Of a DNA stretch of 64,000 bases, positions 34,842 to 49,715 are shown piece by piece (the stretch's first letter is position 1; each line of letters begins with the position of its first letter). A program made the position numbers and the translations under genes. The notes under the pieces are model-generated. The model was not told where the DNA came from. It ran no database searches and was given only the letters and a program-made list of their open reading frames with translations. Source of the stretch: Macrostomum lignano (taxonomy: Eukaryota); assembly GCA_002269645.1 (NCBI GenBank), contig NIVC01001060.1:1-64000 (forward strand), given 5' to 3'.

Positions 34842-35171
34842 TTAGTCTTTCTCCTACTATTTCTTAAGATATGAAAACTAACAGTTGTGACAGTACTGTC
34901 GAAATCGAAAGTCGAAATCTACAAGTAGTTGTTACATCTGATTTTTCCCGACAATGTGATCTGCTTGAGCACGTTAGTAAAATCCTATTTTACTCTGCTT
35001 TCCGTGTTTAAGTATATTTGAAAACTTATTTTTTATTCAAACTGAATTGATTTATCGCAGGTGTGGTAATTCTAATAAAGTTTTGTTAGCTAAGAGAAAC
35101 AATCAGGGTTTAAAAATTAGCGAAAAAATTTGAGGTAAATCATGTTGCGCAAAGATAAGGTTAAAAATTAA

Positions 35172-35290
35172 AACCCCAGCTAATGCTGGCACCCATTTTA
35201 CAGCTAGGTGAACTGAAACAATGCAGAGTTGAGTGTGTCTTGCTCAAAGAGTGAGTCGAGAATCGAACCCGCGACCTTTCAATCGTGAGT
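35172..35290 (-). mobile_element. Partial copy of the same SINE
   Basis: B box and CORE-like segment match the 34577 copy. Confidence 0.8.
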
Positions 35291-35439
35291 TTCGATGACC
35301 CAATAAAAGCACTTGATATCTTAGTTATTCTGTTGGTCCACCATTAAATCCAGCGAAAGAACCTGCATGTAACTTTTCCGGTGTTAAAAATATTCACAAC
35401 TAATTCACTGACACCCTTCTGAAACGAAAGTTCCAGAAA

Positions 35440-38400
35440 TTACTCGGTGAAGGTAACAGCAGTTGGTGCCTTATAATCTTTATTATAATCCGCATCAAAT
35501 TCGTCCTCGCCATCCCGATAAGCCGCCGTTCCTACGGCGACAATTCCGCCAACCGTGCCTCGCCGCTTTCGCCGTCTCCTCGCCGAGCTGTTGCCGTCGG
35601 CGGCGGCGGCGGCAGCTCCGGCAGCTCCGGCGGTTGTCGACGCTCTGGACGACGACTTGCCAGTGGCTCCTCCGGCGCTGATTGGCGGCAGGCTGATCGG
35701 TCGAGAAGCCGCCCTTGAAGTGTCCCTAGTTGAAGGATCTTGCTGATGCTGCTGCCGGCTGTCGCTGGAGAAGTAGTAGGCAGCCACCGAGCCGCCGCTC
35801 AGTGGCGACGGCGAACGGAACATCCGCTCCGTGATGCCCAGCGGAGTTGGCGCGAACCCGCTGCGCATGCTGTTGTCCAGGGCTCGGGCCGCGATGCTGC
35901 GCCGGCGTTTCGCCGCGGCGACCGCCTCCTGCGACGCGGGGTCGAGGCTCAACTCACCGACCTGGTCGAGCAGTCGCTTTTGGTCGGCCTGTTCGCGTCG
36001 CTCCTGGGCGGCTCGCTTCTTCTCATCGTCGCGTAGCTGCACCCGGAGACTGCGCAGGCCTTTGGCCAGCATTCTGGATGAGGAAATTTGAATGTTGTTG
36101 TTATTCTGGGGGGAATACGTTGGACAATCCTAAGCGAAAAAAGTTCAGGAATCTCGTGGGATTTCCATCAATAAAGAGTCATGGAGTCGCAGGGGAATCC
36201 CGTAATTAAATAATCAGAGAATCCCAAGGGATTTCCATAATATAATGGGGGATTCCCAAGGGACTCCCGTAATTCAATAATGGGGGAATCCCAAGGGACT
36301 TCCGTACATATAATTCAATAATGTGGGAATCCCGAGGGACTCCCGTACATGTAATTCAATAATGGGGGAATCCCAAGGGACTCTCGTACATGTAATTCAA
36401 TAATGGGGGAATCCCGACGGACTCCCGTAATTCAATAATGGGGGAATCCCAAGGGACTTCCGTACATATAATTCAATAATGTGGGAATCCCGAGGGACTC
36501 CCGTACATGTAATTCAATAATGGGGGAATCCTAAGGGACTCTCGTACATGTAATTCAATAATGGGGGAATCCCGAGGGACTCCCGTAATTCAATAATGGG
36601 GGAATCCCAAGGGACTTCCGTACATATAATTCAATAATTTGGGAATCCCGAGGGACTCCCGTACATGTAATTCAATAATGGGGGAATCCCAAGGGACTCC
36701 CGAAATTCAATATTGGGGGAATCCCAAGGGAGTCCTTTTCAAACTAGAGGCAGGGGCTGTGTGCACCCTGGCGCACTTAAAGCGACATTGTCACACAACC
36801 GGCGAGAGGCATTGCTGCCCATTCCGCCGACTCCCCTGAGCAGGCACACAAGCGCGCGGATACGTACGCAGTCACGCGCACAGGCACACACTCACACAGG
36901 AGTGTACAGCGGCCCTAACTTTATTTATCGTTAGGCATGTACACTTCACTGTGCCTTGGGGGGTTGGCCCTCAAGCTGGGCGTTAATTGCACGAGCAGAG
37001 CCAAGCCGAGATTCCAATTTAGCTCCAAATTAATGTGACTGCACTGGGAATCGAGCTTGGGCCGCTGGCAGATCAGATGAACTCAAAAAAAATGTAAAAA
37101 TCCTACTGTGATCTCAGGGGATCCCTGTTTAAGCATTTAGAGAATCTCAGGTAAATCCCATTAGAAAAGAGAAGGGACTCGAGGGGGAAACCAACTGAAA
37201 AAGAAAAGTTCATGGCTAAAGCGAATCCTGAGTCAAATCCCACAGCCAGACTATAAATTGTTTATTAAACTTACTGATAGCTAATTTTTCCAGTCTTCTT
37301 AGGATCGATGCGTTGAGTCACTCTGAGCAGTTCCATCTCCGTCAGAGGCACCTTCATCCGCTGCATGTGCACAGTAGTCGTGTTGAATAAGTAATATTTG
37401 TATGTATGTATATGAGCTTACATAAATAGAATCAACTCTATCGGGGTGGAAAATTATTGCGGAAATTGCGAATCCGTAATCCGTAATATTTTGCTGTTTA
37501 CTGACCACTGACCTCGATATGTGATCCCCATTCTCTCTCGCACCCCTGCTCTACCTCTCTCCATTCTCTCTCGCATCCCTGCTCTACCTCTCTCCATTCT
37601 CTCTCGCATCCCTGCTCTACCTCTCTCCATTCTCTCTCACATCCCTGCTCTACCTCTCTCCATTCTCTCTCACATCCCTGCTCTACCTCTCTCCATTCTC
37701 TCTCACATCCCTGCTCTACCTCTCTCCATTCTCTCTCGCATCCCTGCTCCACCTCTCTCCATTCTCTCTCGCATCCCTGCTCCACCTCTCTCCATTCTCT
37801 CTCGCATCCCTGCTCCACCTCTCTCCATTCTCTCTCGCATCCCTGCTCCACCTCTCTCCATTCTCTCACTAGCTTCCTCTCATTATCTCCCTCTGCCTCT
37901 CTTTCTACCTCTCCCCCTCTTTCTCACTTTCTCCCTTTCACCCACTCTCCCACTTTCCTCTCCTTCTCTCCTCTTCTCTCTCCCTCCTTCTCTTTCCTAT
38001 CCAGCTCATTAACTCGTTACTCTATTAATTAAAAGTTCAATATTCAGCGATTCAGGATTGCACGAGTATTTAAAACGATATGAATCGATAATACACCTCA
38101 CAGCTTAGTAACCAATGACGCCTCTCGCTCACCTTCAGACTCCTGATGAATTTGGACCTACTGCAGAACTGCTTATTGTCCTTGTCAATCATTCGGTACA
38201 GATCCACAATTCGAATCGCTCTACTACTTAAAAAATCGAATAACAACTTGAGCGGGTCTTCTTTGGCCTCTGGAAAAGTGTAATTTAATTTGAGAAAGTC
38301 AGGGCTGCTGTACACCCAGAAAAGTACCCATTCAATCTGAAAATACACCTTCAATTCATAAAATACTATTTTAACCGGAAAATACCTCTTTCAATCGAAA

Positions 38401-41400
38401 AATACCCCTTTCAACCGAAAAATACCCCTTTAAACCGAAAAATACTATTTCAACCGAAAAATACCTCTTTCAACCGAAAAATACCCCTTTAAACCGAAAA
38501 ATACCCTTTCAACCGAAAAATACCCTTTCGACTGAAAAATACCCCTTCAACCGAAAATACCCACCCAATCTGTATAAAGCACCTTTTTAATCCAGAATAT
38601 ACCTCTTATACAGACAAAAAACCTTGCAAGCTGAAAGTACCGCTTCAACCGAAAAGTACCCCTTTAATCCGAAAAATACCCCTTCAGAACGAAAAATACT
38701 CTTTCAATCTAAATATACCCATTTGAATTCGAAAATAACCCATTAATTTAAAAAAATACCACTTTAACCGAATAATACTCCTTCATTCAGAAAAATACCC
38801 CTCCAATCTAGAAAAATACCCTCACCAATTCTCGTTCCCAGAACGTCCTCGGAATCAATGACAGCCTCGTGTCGGCACGTGAACGGCCTCCGCCGACCGA
38901 TGGTCTCAATTTTAAACAAAATTTTCGACGAAATAATCTGACCTTCAAAGTCGACGTGTCGCACAGACGAAGAGTCGGTGTCCACCGCCCTGAGGATGTC
39001 CATCACCCCGGTCATGGTTAAAGTGTTGAGTCCGATTTTCAACACAGTCAAAACTGCATTCTTCTTCAGTCCTTTAGCAATGAGCTGAGCGCCCTCCCAG
39101 TTGATGCGGTTGGCTGTGATGTCCAGCTCTTGAAGGTAGCGATTGAAGCTGATCGCCTCCTGCAGCGCGATGCAGCCTTCGTAACCGAGGCCGTTCCAGG
39201 ACAGGTCGAGCGACACCAAGCCTATGTTGACCTTCAACGACCTGGCCAACGCAATGCCGCCTTTGCCGCGAATATGGTTCCAGCTGAGGTCCAGCTCTTC
39301 CAGGGTGTCATTCTCGATTAACATCCTGGCTAACTGCTTGCTGCCGTCAACTTCGATGTTGTTGCGGCCGAGTCGGAGTCGAACGAGCTGATAGTTCTTC
39401 TGTGTTGATTGGGGACTGCGGTTCCTGACACTAATCTGCAGTTCCTGACACTAATCTGCGGTTCCTGATACTAATCTGCGCTTCCTGATACTAATCTGCA
39501 GTTCCTGACACTAATCTGCAGTTCCTGACACTAATCTGCAGTTCCTGACACTAGTCTGCGATTCCTGACACTAATCTGCAGTTCCTGACACTAGTCTGCG
39601 ATTCCTGACACTAATCTGTGGTTCCTGACACTAATCTTCGGTTCCTGACTCTAATCTGTGGTCTGTGACACAAAAAAAGAGAATACTGCTACTAATCTGC
39701 GGTTTCTGAACAATTATGTGATTTCTGACCTGACCCTGTTGTTCCTGACACTGATCTGTACTTGGTGATTTCTTGACATCAATCGTAACTCCTAGCATTA
39801 ATATGTATCTTCGGGCACTAATCTGTGGTTCTGATGCAGTCAATCGACAATTCCACTTACGCACAAACCGTTGGCCAACGCTTTGGCATCCGCATCTCCG
39901 AGGTTGTTGTCTGACAGGTCCAGCTCTACCAGGCCAGAGTTGTTAGCCAGAGTCTCGCCAAAGTTGATGCAGCCAACACCAGAGACTGAGTTGCCTGACA
40001 GATTCTGCAGGCGTTAACGAATTTTGGTGTTATAAAATCGAAAACTCTTTAATTAACCTGTGTCGACACCTGCAGATTCTCAAGACCATAGACTCTACTG
40101 CGTATATTTGTAACGAAATGAGAAGAGATAAGAGGAGAAGTGGGGGAAGAGAGGAGAGGAGAGGAGATGAGGGGAGAGGAAAGGAGAACAGAGGAGAGGA
40201 GATGAGGGGAGAGGAGAGGAGAGCAGAGGAGATGAGAGGAGAGGAGATGAGAGGAGAGCAGAGGAGAGGAGATGAGAGGAGAGGAGAGGAGAGGAGAGCA
40301 GAGGAGAGGAAAGGAGAGCAGAGGAGAGGAGATGAGAGGAGAGGAGAGGAGAGGAGATCAGAGGAGAGGAGAGGAGAAGAGAGGAGAGGAGAGGAGAGCA
40401 GAGGAGAGGAGATGAAAGGAGAGGAGAGGAGAGGAGAGGAGAGGAGAGCAGAGGAGAGGAGAGGAGAGCAGAGGAGAGGAGATGAAAGGAGAGGAGAGGA
40501 GAGGAGAGGAGAGGAGAGGAGAGCAGAGGAGAGGAGAGGAGAGCAGATGAGAGGAGAGGAGAGGAGACGAGAGGAGAGGAGAGGAGAGGAGAGGAGAGGA
40601 GAGCAGAGGAGAGGAGATGAAAGGAGAGGAGAAGAGAGGAGAGAGAGAGGAGAGTAGAGAGAAAAGGAGAGAGGAGTATAATGAGGATTAGATAAAAGAG
40701 CAAACCTACGCAGAAATCTATCGAACTCACTGACAGCTGATGTTTCCCCTCTTGTCCTGAACCTTTAAGTTCTCTAATCGATCACCCAGCACTACAGTAA
40801 TTATTAGCCACAGCAGCAGCAGGCTGCACTAAGCTGCATACTCAGCCTGAAATAGTTTAAAATTAGCCCGCCACCTTTAGCGAACTCGAAATCAGAGGTA
40901 AGCGGCGGCTCCCAGTTCTCCGACTCTCCTGACTCTCCTCAGCCGAGCGGCTGAAGCTAAAAACAAATTACCATTTTTGAGCGATGCTGTAGAGGGTTTT
41001 AAAGAGATATTTAATTTCACTTGCTATTTATTTTTAGCTGCTAGCTAACCTTAAACCATTCTGTCTCTTTTAGGCTTTTTCAAAGCTTAAAATCTTCCTT
41101 TGTGTCTTGCCCCGTGTATGCCTGCTGTTGGAATTTGGTGAGCTAGGAGGTAGAATTAGCCTATGGTTTTGAGAATCATACAAATATAAAATACAGTCTA
41201 TGGTCTTAAAGATTGTTCAAAGTACTGTCTATGGTCTTGAAGATTGTTCATAGTACTGTCTATGGTCTTAAAGATTGTTCAAAGTACTGTCTATGGTCTT
41301 GAAGATTGTTCATAGTACTGTCTATGGTCTTAAAGATTGTTCAAAGTACTGTCTATGGTCTTGAAGATTGTTCATAGTACTGTCTATGGTCTTAAAGATT

Positions 41401-44400
41401 GTTCAAAGTACTGTCTATGGTCTTGAAGATTGTTCATAGTACTGTCTATGGTCTTAAGAGTTATACAAATATTACTGTCTATGGTCTTGAGAATTATACA
41501 AATTGTACAGTCTATGGTCTTGAGAGTTATACAAATTGTACAGTCTATGGTCTTAAGAGTTATACAAATTGTACAGTCTATGGTCTTGAGAGTTATACAA
41601 ATTGTACAGTCTATGGTCTTGAGAATTATACAAATTGTACAGTCTATGGTCTTGAGAGTTATACAAATTGTACAGTCTATGGTCTTGAGAATTATACAAA
41701 TTGTACAGTCTATGGTCTTGAGAGTTATACAAATTGTACAGTCTATGGTCTTGAGAATTATAAAAATTTTACATTCTAAATGGTCTTGAGAATCATACAA
41801 ATCGTACAGTCTATGGTCTTGAGAACTATATAAATAATGCAGTTTATGGTCTCGAGAATTGTACAAATTGTACAGTCTATGATCTTGAGAGCTATACAAA
41901 TAGTACTGTCTATTGTCTTCAGAATTATATAAATAATGCAGTTTATGGTCTTGAGAATCATCATTATCTTCAACACAAGGATTAAAACAAACAACTCACA
42001 ATGATCTGTATGCAGGGATTATTCCTAACCAGATCGGCAATATTAGCGGCGGTGGCCGAGTCAATTCCGTTGCTACGCAAATCAATGCTCTCAACGGTGG
42101 CATTCTGTTTTAGGGCTTCGCAGATGACTTGCACGTGTCTCGGGCCCAGGTTCATGAATTGCAGATCCAGGCTGAGTGTGTTCAGCTGAGCAACAACTCG
42201 GCGGAGCGGTGCCAGAGGAATCGGGGGGCGCTGGCACCTGTCCAGGTACAACTGCACATTCTGCTGCAGCCCCGTTGCCGGGGGCGACGGCGGAGAGTCT
42301 GAGAGATTTAATGACGATTGGTAAATATCGAATATTCTAATGGTATATATACCGATTCTAATGAATATCTACCGATTCTAATGAATATCTACCGATTCTA
42401 ATGATTATCTACCGATTCTAATTGAATATCTACAGATTCTAATGAATATCTACAGATTCTAATGAATATCTACAAATTCTAATTGAATATATACCGATTC
42501 TAATTGAATATCTACCGATTCTAATTGAATATCTACAGATTCTAATGAATATCTACCGATTCTGATTGAATATATACCGATTCTAATTGAATATCTACCG
42601 ATTCTAATGATTATCTACCGATTCTAATTGAATATCTACAGATTCTAATGAATATCTACCGATTCTGATTGAATATCTACCGATTCTAATTGAATATTTA
42701 CCGATTCTAATTGAATATCTACCGATTGTAATGAATATCTACAAATTCTAATTGAATATCTGCCGATTCGAATTGATATCTACAGATTGTAACGGAATCT
42801 ACCGATATAAACTGAATAACTGCCTGTCCCTTTTTAAAGTCAGTCAAAGCCTTACATTTATCGCTGCTCACACTTTAGTTTGGTCGCACCCGCCCTCTGC
42901 CGGCCCTGTCATGAACGCCAGGCCAGGCCCCTAAACCCTGGGTAAATAGCAAAGCGGAAGTCCCATCGCCCACAGTCTTGGATGCTCCGGAGATGGGAAA
43001 TTCTCCCATGCATTCTAAACAGTTGCGAGGTCGGGGGCAGGAACCAGGAAAGGCGGATGCTGAGACGGATTTGTAGCGAGTCTGTGTTGGGTACAAGACA
43101 CGCCATCAGATTTCCTTCATATGCGCTGTCAACCATATCTATAAGCGACGACTGGAAAAGTGGCTTGCAACATTGAAAAAAAAACACAAGAGCGAATTCT
43201 TTTACCAAATAAGACAGCACTGCACTCTGTACTCTACTCTTTACACTCTACTACATGGATTAACTTAAACTCTACCATACTATACCACACTATACCACAC
43301 TATACCACACTAAACCACACTATACCACACTATACCACACACTGCAACACTAAACAACACTATACCACACACTGCCACACTATACCACACTATACCACAC
43401 TATACCACACTATACCACACTATACCACACTATACCACACTATACCACACTATACCACACTATACCACACTATACCACACACTGCCACACTATACCACAC
43501 TATACCACACTATACCACACACTGCCACACTATACCACACACTGCCACACTATACCACACTATACCACACACTACCACACTATATCACACTATATCACAC
43601 ACTACCACACTATACCACACACTGCCACACTATACCACACTATACCACACTATACCACACTATACCACACACTGCCACACTAAACCACACTATACCACAC
43701 ACTGCCACACTATACCACACTATACCACACACTGCCACACTATACCACACACTGCCACACTATACCACACTATACCACACACTGCCACACTATACCACAC
43801 ACTGCCACACTATACCACACTATACCACACACTGCCACACTATACCGCACACTGCCACACTATACCACACTATACCACACACTGCCACACTATACCACAC
43901 ACTGCCACACTATACCACACTATACCACACACTGCCACACTATACCACACTATACCACACACTGCCACACTATACCACACTATACCACACACTGCCACAC
44001 TATACCACACTATACCACACACTGCCACACTATACCACACTATACCACACACTGCCACACTATACCACACTATACCACACACTGCCACACTATACCACAC
44101 ACTGCCACACTATACCACACTATACCACACACTGCCACACTATACCACACTATACCACACTATACCACACACTGCCACACTATACCACACTATACCACAC
44201 ACTATACCACACACTGCCACACTATACCACACTATGCCACACTATACCACACACTGCCACACTATACCACACTATGCCACACTATACCACACACTGTCAC
44301 ACTATACCACACTATACCACACACTGCCACACTATACCACACTATGCCACACTATGCCACACTATACCACACACTGTCACACTATACCACACTATACCAC

Positions 44401-44934
44401 ACACTACCACACTATACCACACACTGCCACACTATACCACACTATACCACACTATACCACACTATACCACACACTGCCACACTAAACCACACTATACCAC
44501 ACACTGCCACACTATACCACACTATACCACACACTGCCACACTATACCACACACTGCCACACTATACCACACTATACCACACACTGCCACACTATACCAC
44601 ACACTGCCACACTATACCACACTATACCACACACTGCCACACTATACCACACACTGCCACACTATACCACACTATACCACACTATACCACACACTGCCAC
44701 ACTATACCACACTATACCACACACTGCCACACACTGCCACACTATGCCACACTATACCACACTACCACACTCAGACACGAACTCACCCCGTATCTCCAAT
44801 CTTGTAGTCGCAGCCGAATTGACCGCCGAAGCGCCTCTCGAGGTCGGTGCTTCGCGCCCCCTACCAGCCGAAGATCTAACGCTCTGTCGCTTGCGCAATC
44901 TAGACTGAACAGCTTCCTGATTAACTGTCTCCAT
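35440..44934 (-). CDS. LRRC74A: LRRC74-like leucine-rich-repeat protein with a C-terminal EF-hand-like region, 7 exons, ~673 aa
   Basis: Exons 44934-44787, 42298-42000, 40004-39861, 39399-38826, 38269-38133, 37360-37275, 36073-35440 all have GT/AG ends and join in frame; RI-type LRRs (LEELDLSWNHIRGKGG, LDLSWNGLGYEGC), DPLKLL..IVDLY..IDKD. Confidence 0.88.
36180..36730. repeat. ~36-43-bp minisatellite (GTAATTCAATAATGGGGGAATCCCAAGGGACTCCC)n, LRR intron 6
   Basis: Visible. Confidence 0.9.
36768..37042 (-). repeat. Dispersed repeat, copy B
   Basis: Inverted relative to 33690-33930; has an extra internal segment flanked by CAGGCACACA. Confidence 0.85.
37527..37868. repeat. 33-bp minisatellite (CCATTCTCTCTCGCATCCCTGCTCTACCTCTCT)n, LRR intron 5
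   Basis: Visible. Confidence 0.93.
38360..38820. repeat. ~20-bp minisatellite (CCGAAAAATACCCCTTTCAA)n, LRR intron 4
   Basis: Visible. Confidence 0.88.
39415..39700. repeat. 20-bp minisatellite (GTTCCTGACACTAATCTGCA)n, LRR intron 3
   Basis: Visible. Confidence 0.92.
40120..40680. repeat. (GAGGA)n purine tract, LRR intron 2
   Basis: Visible. Confidence 0.92.
41190..41965. repeat. 31-33-bp minisatellite (TACTGTCTATGGTCTT..), LRR intron 2
   Basis: Visible; two unit types in succession. Confidence 0.92.
42345..42810. repeat. 20-21-bp minisatellite (ATATCTACCGATTCTAAT(T)GA)n, LRR intron 1
   Basis: Visible. Confidence 0.92.
43280..44770. repeat. 10-bp satellite (TATACCACAC/ACTGCCACAC)n, LRR intron 1
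   Basis: Visible. Confidence 0.96.
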
Positions 44935-45364
44935 GGCAACCGGTGTGTGCCAGGCTATAAGCTCAAAATCCCTGCGAGTCTTGATTCCCTTTCACAGTTG
45001 GATTTTATGCTAACTGGCCGGCTGGGGCCTTCATTAATTCTGCATGCGTCGACCGTGTGAGCAGTTTTACGGGTCTGAATAGCATAAAATCGTATCAGCT
45101 GCAGGGGGCCGCTTGAGTTTACCTGCTATTGAAACATTCACATCCCGGGGCCCAAGGCCGTCCATTCTACCTGGATTAAGGCGTCTTATCAGTCTGAGTG
45201 CGTGTTGCTTTTCGGTTAATTTTCCAACAGCACTCCTTGGCCCGTCTCCATCAGCACCGCTCTCCGCCCTCATCAACCGCAGCTCAACTTTTCTGCCCCG
45301 ATCTCTTGGCGCTTAGGAAAATTCCATCTACAATTTTAAACAGGAAATACTTTGAGGTACTAAT

Positions 45365-46655
<1,291 letters not shown>

Positions 46656-47309
46656 TGTTTTACTGTAGCTTACCTCAACTTCTAAATTTGCCATACAATA
46701 TTAAGAAGAAAAATTAAAGAAAATTTAAGTAGCCAAAGTCAGCAAAAATCATTTATGGACGCAATTATTGATTATTGAATGTTTGAAGATAATAATAAGC
46801 TCATCAAGAATTACCCATTACAGGTGAGTGGCGTGTAGCTGGGTAAAGAGTTCTGGGGACAAACACTCGCTGTGACAAAAATTATTAGGATTAATTTTTC
46901 GAGCATTGAAGGCCTTCAAAATAATAAAACTAAAAACAAGTTGCTTACCAGGCTATCAAATATCTATTTAAAACGTATCGATAAAACATGTAAGTAAAAG
47001 GCTTGACGAACGAACACGAAAGAAAATCTTTATATTAGGAGTAATAATATTAATTATTTGTGAGTGCAATAAGTACATCAACATAATTTTAATTTGAAGG
47101 AGTGGTACAGAGACAGATTACCTTTTAGTATACCTTTTTCGGTATACTACGAGCGTAATTACGTCAGAAAAAAGTTTTGAACGAACACGAAAGACCGGAA
47201 AGGGAAAGACGAATATGACTGATTGATAAACGGAAAAGCTTTGAGGAGACGAAGGAAAAGATTCTGTAGGATAGTAAAATGACATGTCAAGCGGCTGGGA
47301 CAGGAAGGC

Positions 47310-47575
<266 letters not shown>

Positions 47576-47865
47576 CTAAGAAAGACAGAGACAGTGGATA
47601 GACAGAAATAGTAGATAGACAGAGACTGTAGATAGACGGCTTGAGACACTTATTCAGACAGAGAACCAATAAGCTGATACGAAAAGCTGATACGATCACA
47701 AAAATCAATATTGGAGTGGAAAAGCAGCCCAGGCAGTAACAGACAGGATGCTATAAGAATATTATTTGTTAAAGCTGATATTTGCCGGACAAATAAGGTT
47801 AAAATAGACTAGAGAAGCATTACCTATGATTTGCAGGCAGGACACTGATCAGTTGTTCCCCAGCT

Positions 47866-48597
47866 TCACGATCCACTCTTCGCATTTTCGTCGAGACCGT
47901 CGGGTCTGCCGTTCAGAGCGCTGCCGCTGGTGAATCGACGAAAATTCGAATTGTCTCCTTCCGGTTGCGGTGCTTCCGGTTCAACTTGTGCAGCTTCAGC
48001 CGGTTGCTTCTGCTGCTGTAGCGGCGGCGGCTGCTTCAGAATGGACGGGCATCTTGGCGGAGGCACCGGGCTGGCTCTCTCCGACCGGCTCTGTGCCTTG
48101 TCTCCGTCAGCTGCTGCCACCAACAGCTGCTGTCGCTGCTGTCGCTGCTCCCACTGTCGCTGCAGCAGGAACAGGCTCGGACAGGACTCTGATCGGCGGC
48201 TCCAAAGAAGCGAGGAGTCTGTCGGACTGTCAGCGTCGGGTTCCGACGGCGCGTGAACATCCAAGCTGCCTGCCGACGACGCGGCACCGCCGCCGCCGCC
48301 GCCTCCGCCTCCCAAGGAGCCGACGCTGCTGACTGAACCACCGAAGCTCAAGCCCGATGCCAGCTGCTTGAACGGCACCTCAAGGTGACCAACTCCGCCG
48401 CCGCCGCCTCCGCCCACTTCGCTGACAACGGCGCCGCCACCGTGTAGAAATCTTGGAACACTTCGACACTTGCTGATGCAGCCCATAGCGCCTCTGCTGC
48501 CGCCGCCGCTGCCGCCGGCATCCGCGTCGACCAGACGACTCCTGTCGACGCGAATTCGAATTTGTTGCTGCGGTTTCGGCTTGTGATCTGACGACAT
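47866..48597 (-). CDS. Unassigned low-complexity ORF (243 aa), possibly a terminal exon or single-exon gene
   Basis: GC-rich, coding-like ORF with G/Q/A runs; in-frame acceptor CTGTCTCCGTAG before 48612; no family recognised. Confidence 0.4.
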   Translation of the reverse strand: MSSDHKPKPQQQIRIRVDRSRLVDADAGGSGGGSRGAMGCISKCRSVPRFLHGGGAVVSEVGGGGGGGVGHLEVPFKQLASGLSFGGSVSSVGSLGGGGGGGGGAASSAGSLDVHAPSEPDADSPTDSSLLWSRRSESCPSLFLLQRQWEQRQQRQQLLVAAADGDKAQSRSERASPVPPPRCPSILKQPPPLQQQKQPAEAAQVEPEAPQPEGDNSNFRRFTSGSALNGRPDGLDENAKSGS

Positions 48598-49304
48598 GAT
48601 CAGCTCGATCTTCTACGGAGACAGCCGGAGAGTGTGGGCCTGCCTGTGCACTGTGGGTGCTCTCCGGTTCTTTGAGTGAGGGAACTTAAAACTGCAGGGA
48701 GAAAATTTGTGGCCACAGCCGCTGCTGCTGTCGCCCTACTTGAGACAGAGAGCTTGGGAGCTGACTGGGGAGAGAGGAAGAGAGTGGAAGTGAAGGGAAG
48801 GGAGAGGGGTTGCAGCGTACAGCCTGACCAAGCCTTGTCCCTATCCGTCACCTCCACCCTCAGCAAAGCTCATTGAGCTGCTCCCCCCGAGTGAAGGAGG
48901 GAGACGGGGAGCTCAGCTTTCCTGTGTCCCCCCCCCTGATCTGCATGTAAGCTCAGAAACGTTCCTCAAATCCTTGCGCCCATCAGCAGTTCAAATTTTA
49001 TTCTTTGGTCGCGTACGGTAGAGCGAGTAGAGTGTGTTTAGCGGACCTCCTTTCCCTCCCTGCGCTTCACTTCCGTCTTCTTTATAATTATCTCTCATTC
49101 TCTCTGACCAGTTCGGATGGGAATGGGAGATAAGTGTACATGTGCGCACTGGAGCATATCTGCTTAGACTACCCCATAGGTATTTAGGTAGAAGATTATT
49201 GGAGGTTGGGAAATACGAGGGTAGACAAAAAGAGATTGTCCATTCAATCATATCCCACTCTTCCCTTTGCAGACAGATCCTATGTTTTAATGGCAGAATA
49301 GAGA

Positions 49305-49715
49305 GAAGAGAGGAAGAGAGAGAGAGGAGAGAGGAGAGAGGAGAGAGGAGAGAGGAGAGAGGAGAGAGGAGAGAGGAGAGAGGAGAGAGGAGAGAGGAGA
49401 GAGGAGAGAGGAAAGAGGAGAGAGGAGAGAGGAAAGAGGAGAGAGGAGAGAGGAAAGATGAGAGAAGAAAGAGAGAGAAAGAGGAGAAAGGAGAGGAGAG
49501 AGGAGAGAGGAAAGAGGAGAGAGGAGAGAGGAAAGAGGAGAGAGGAGAGAGGAGAGAGGAGAGAAGAAAGAGAGAGAAAGAGGAGAAAGGAGAGGAGAGA
49601 GGAGAGAGGAGAGAGGAGAGAGGAGAGAGGAGAGAGGAGAGAGGGAGAGGAGAGAGTGGAGAGGAGAGAGGAGAGAGGAGAGAGGAGAGAGGAGAGAGGA
49701 GAAAGGAGATAGGAG
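49305..49715. repeat. (GAGAGAG/AGGAG)n purine tract
   Basis: Visible. Confidence 0.92.

Noticed and set aside
9665-42810. CRISPR-like arrays
   Set aside because: Repeats are head-to-tail without unique spacers; eukaryotic context; no cas genes
42875-43220. Additional exon of the LRR gene
   Set aside because: No convincing donor; exons 1 and 2 already join in frame; no LRR similarity
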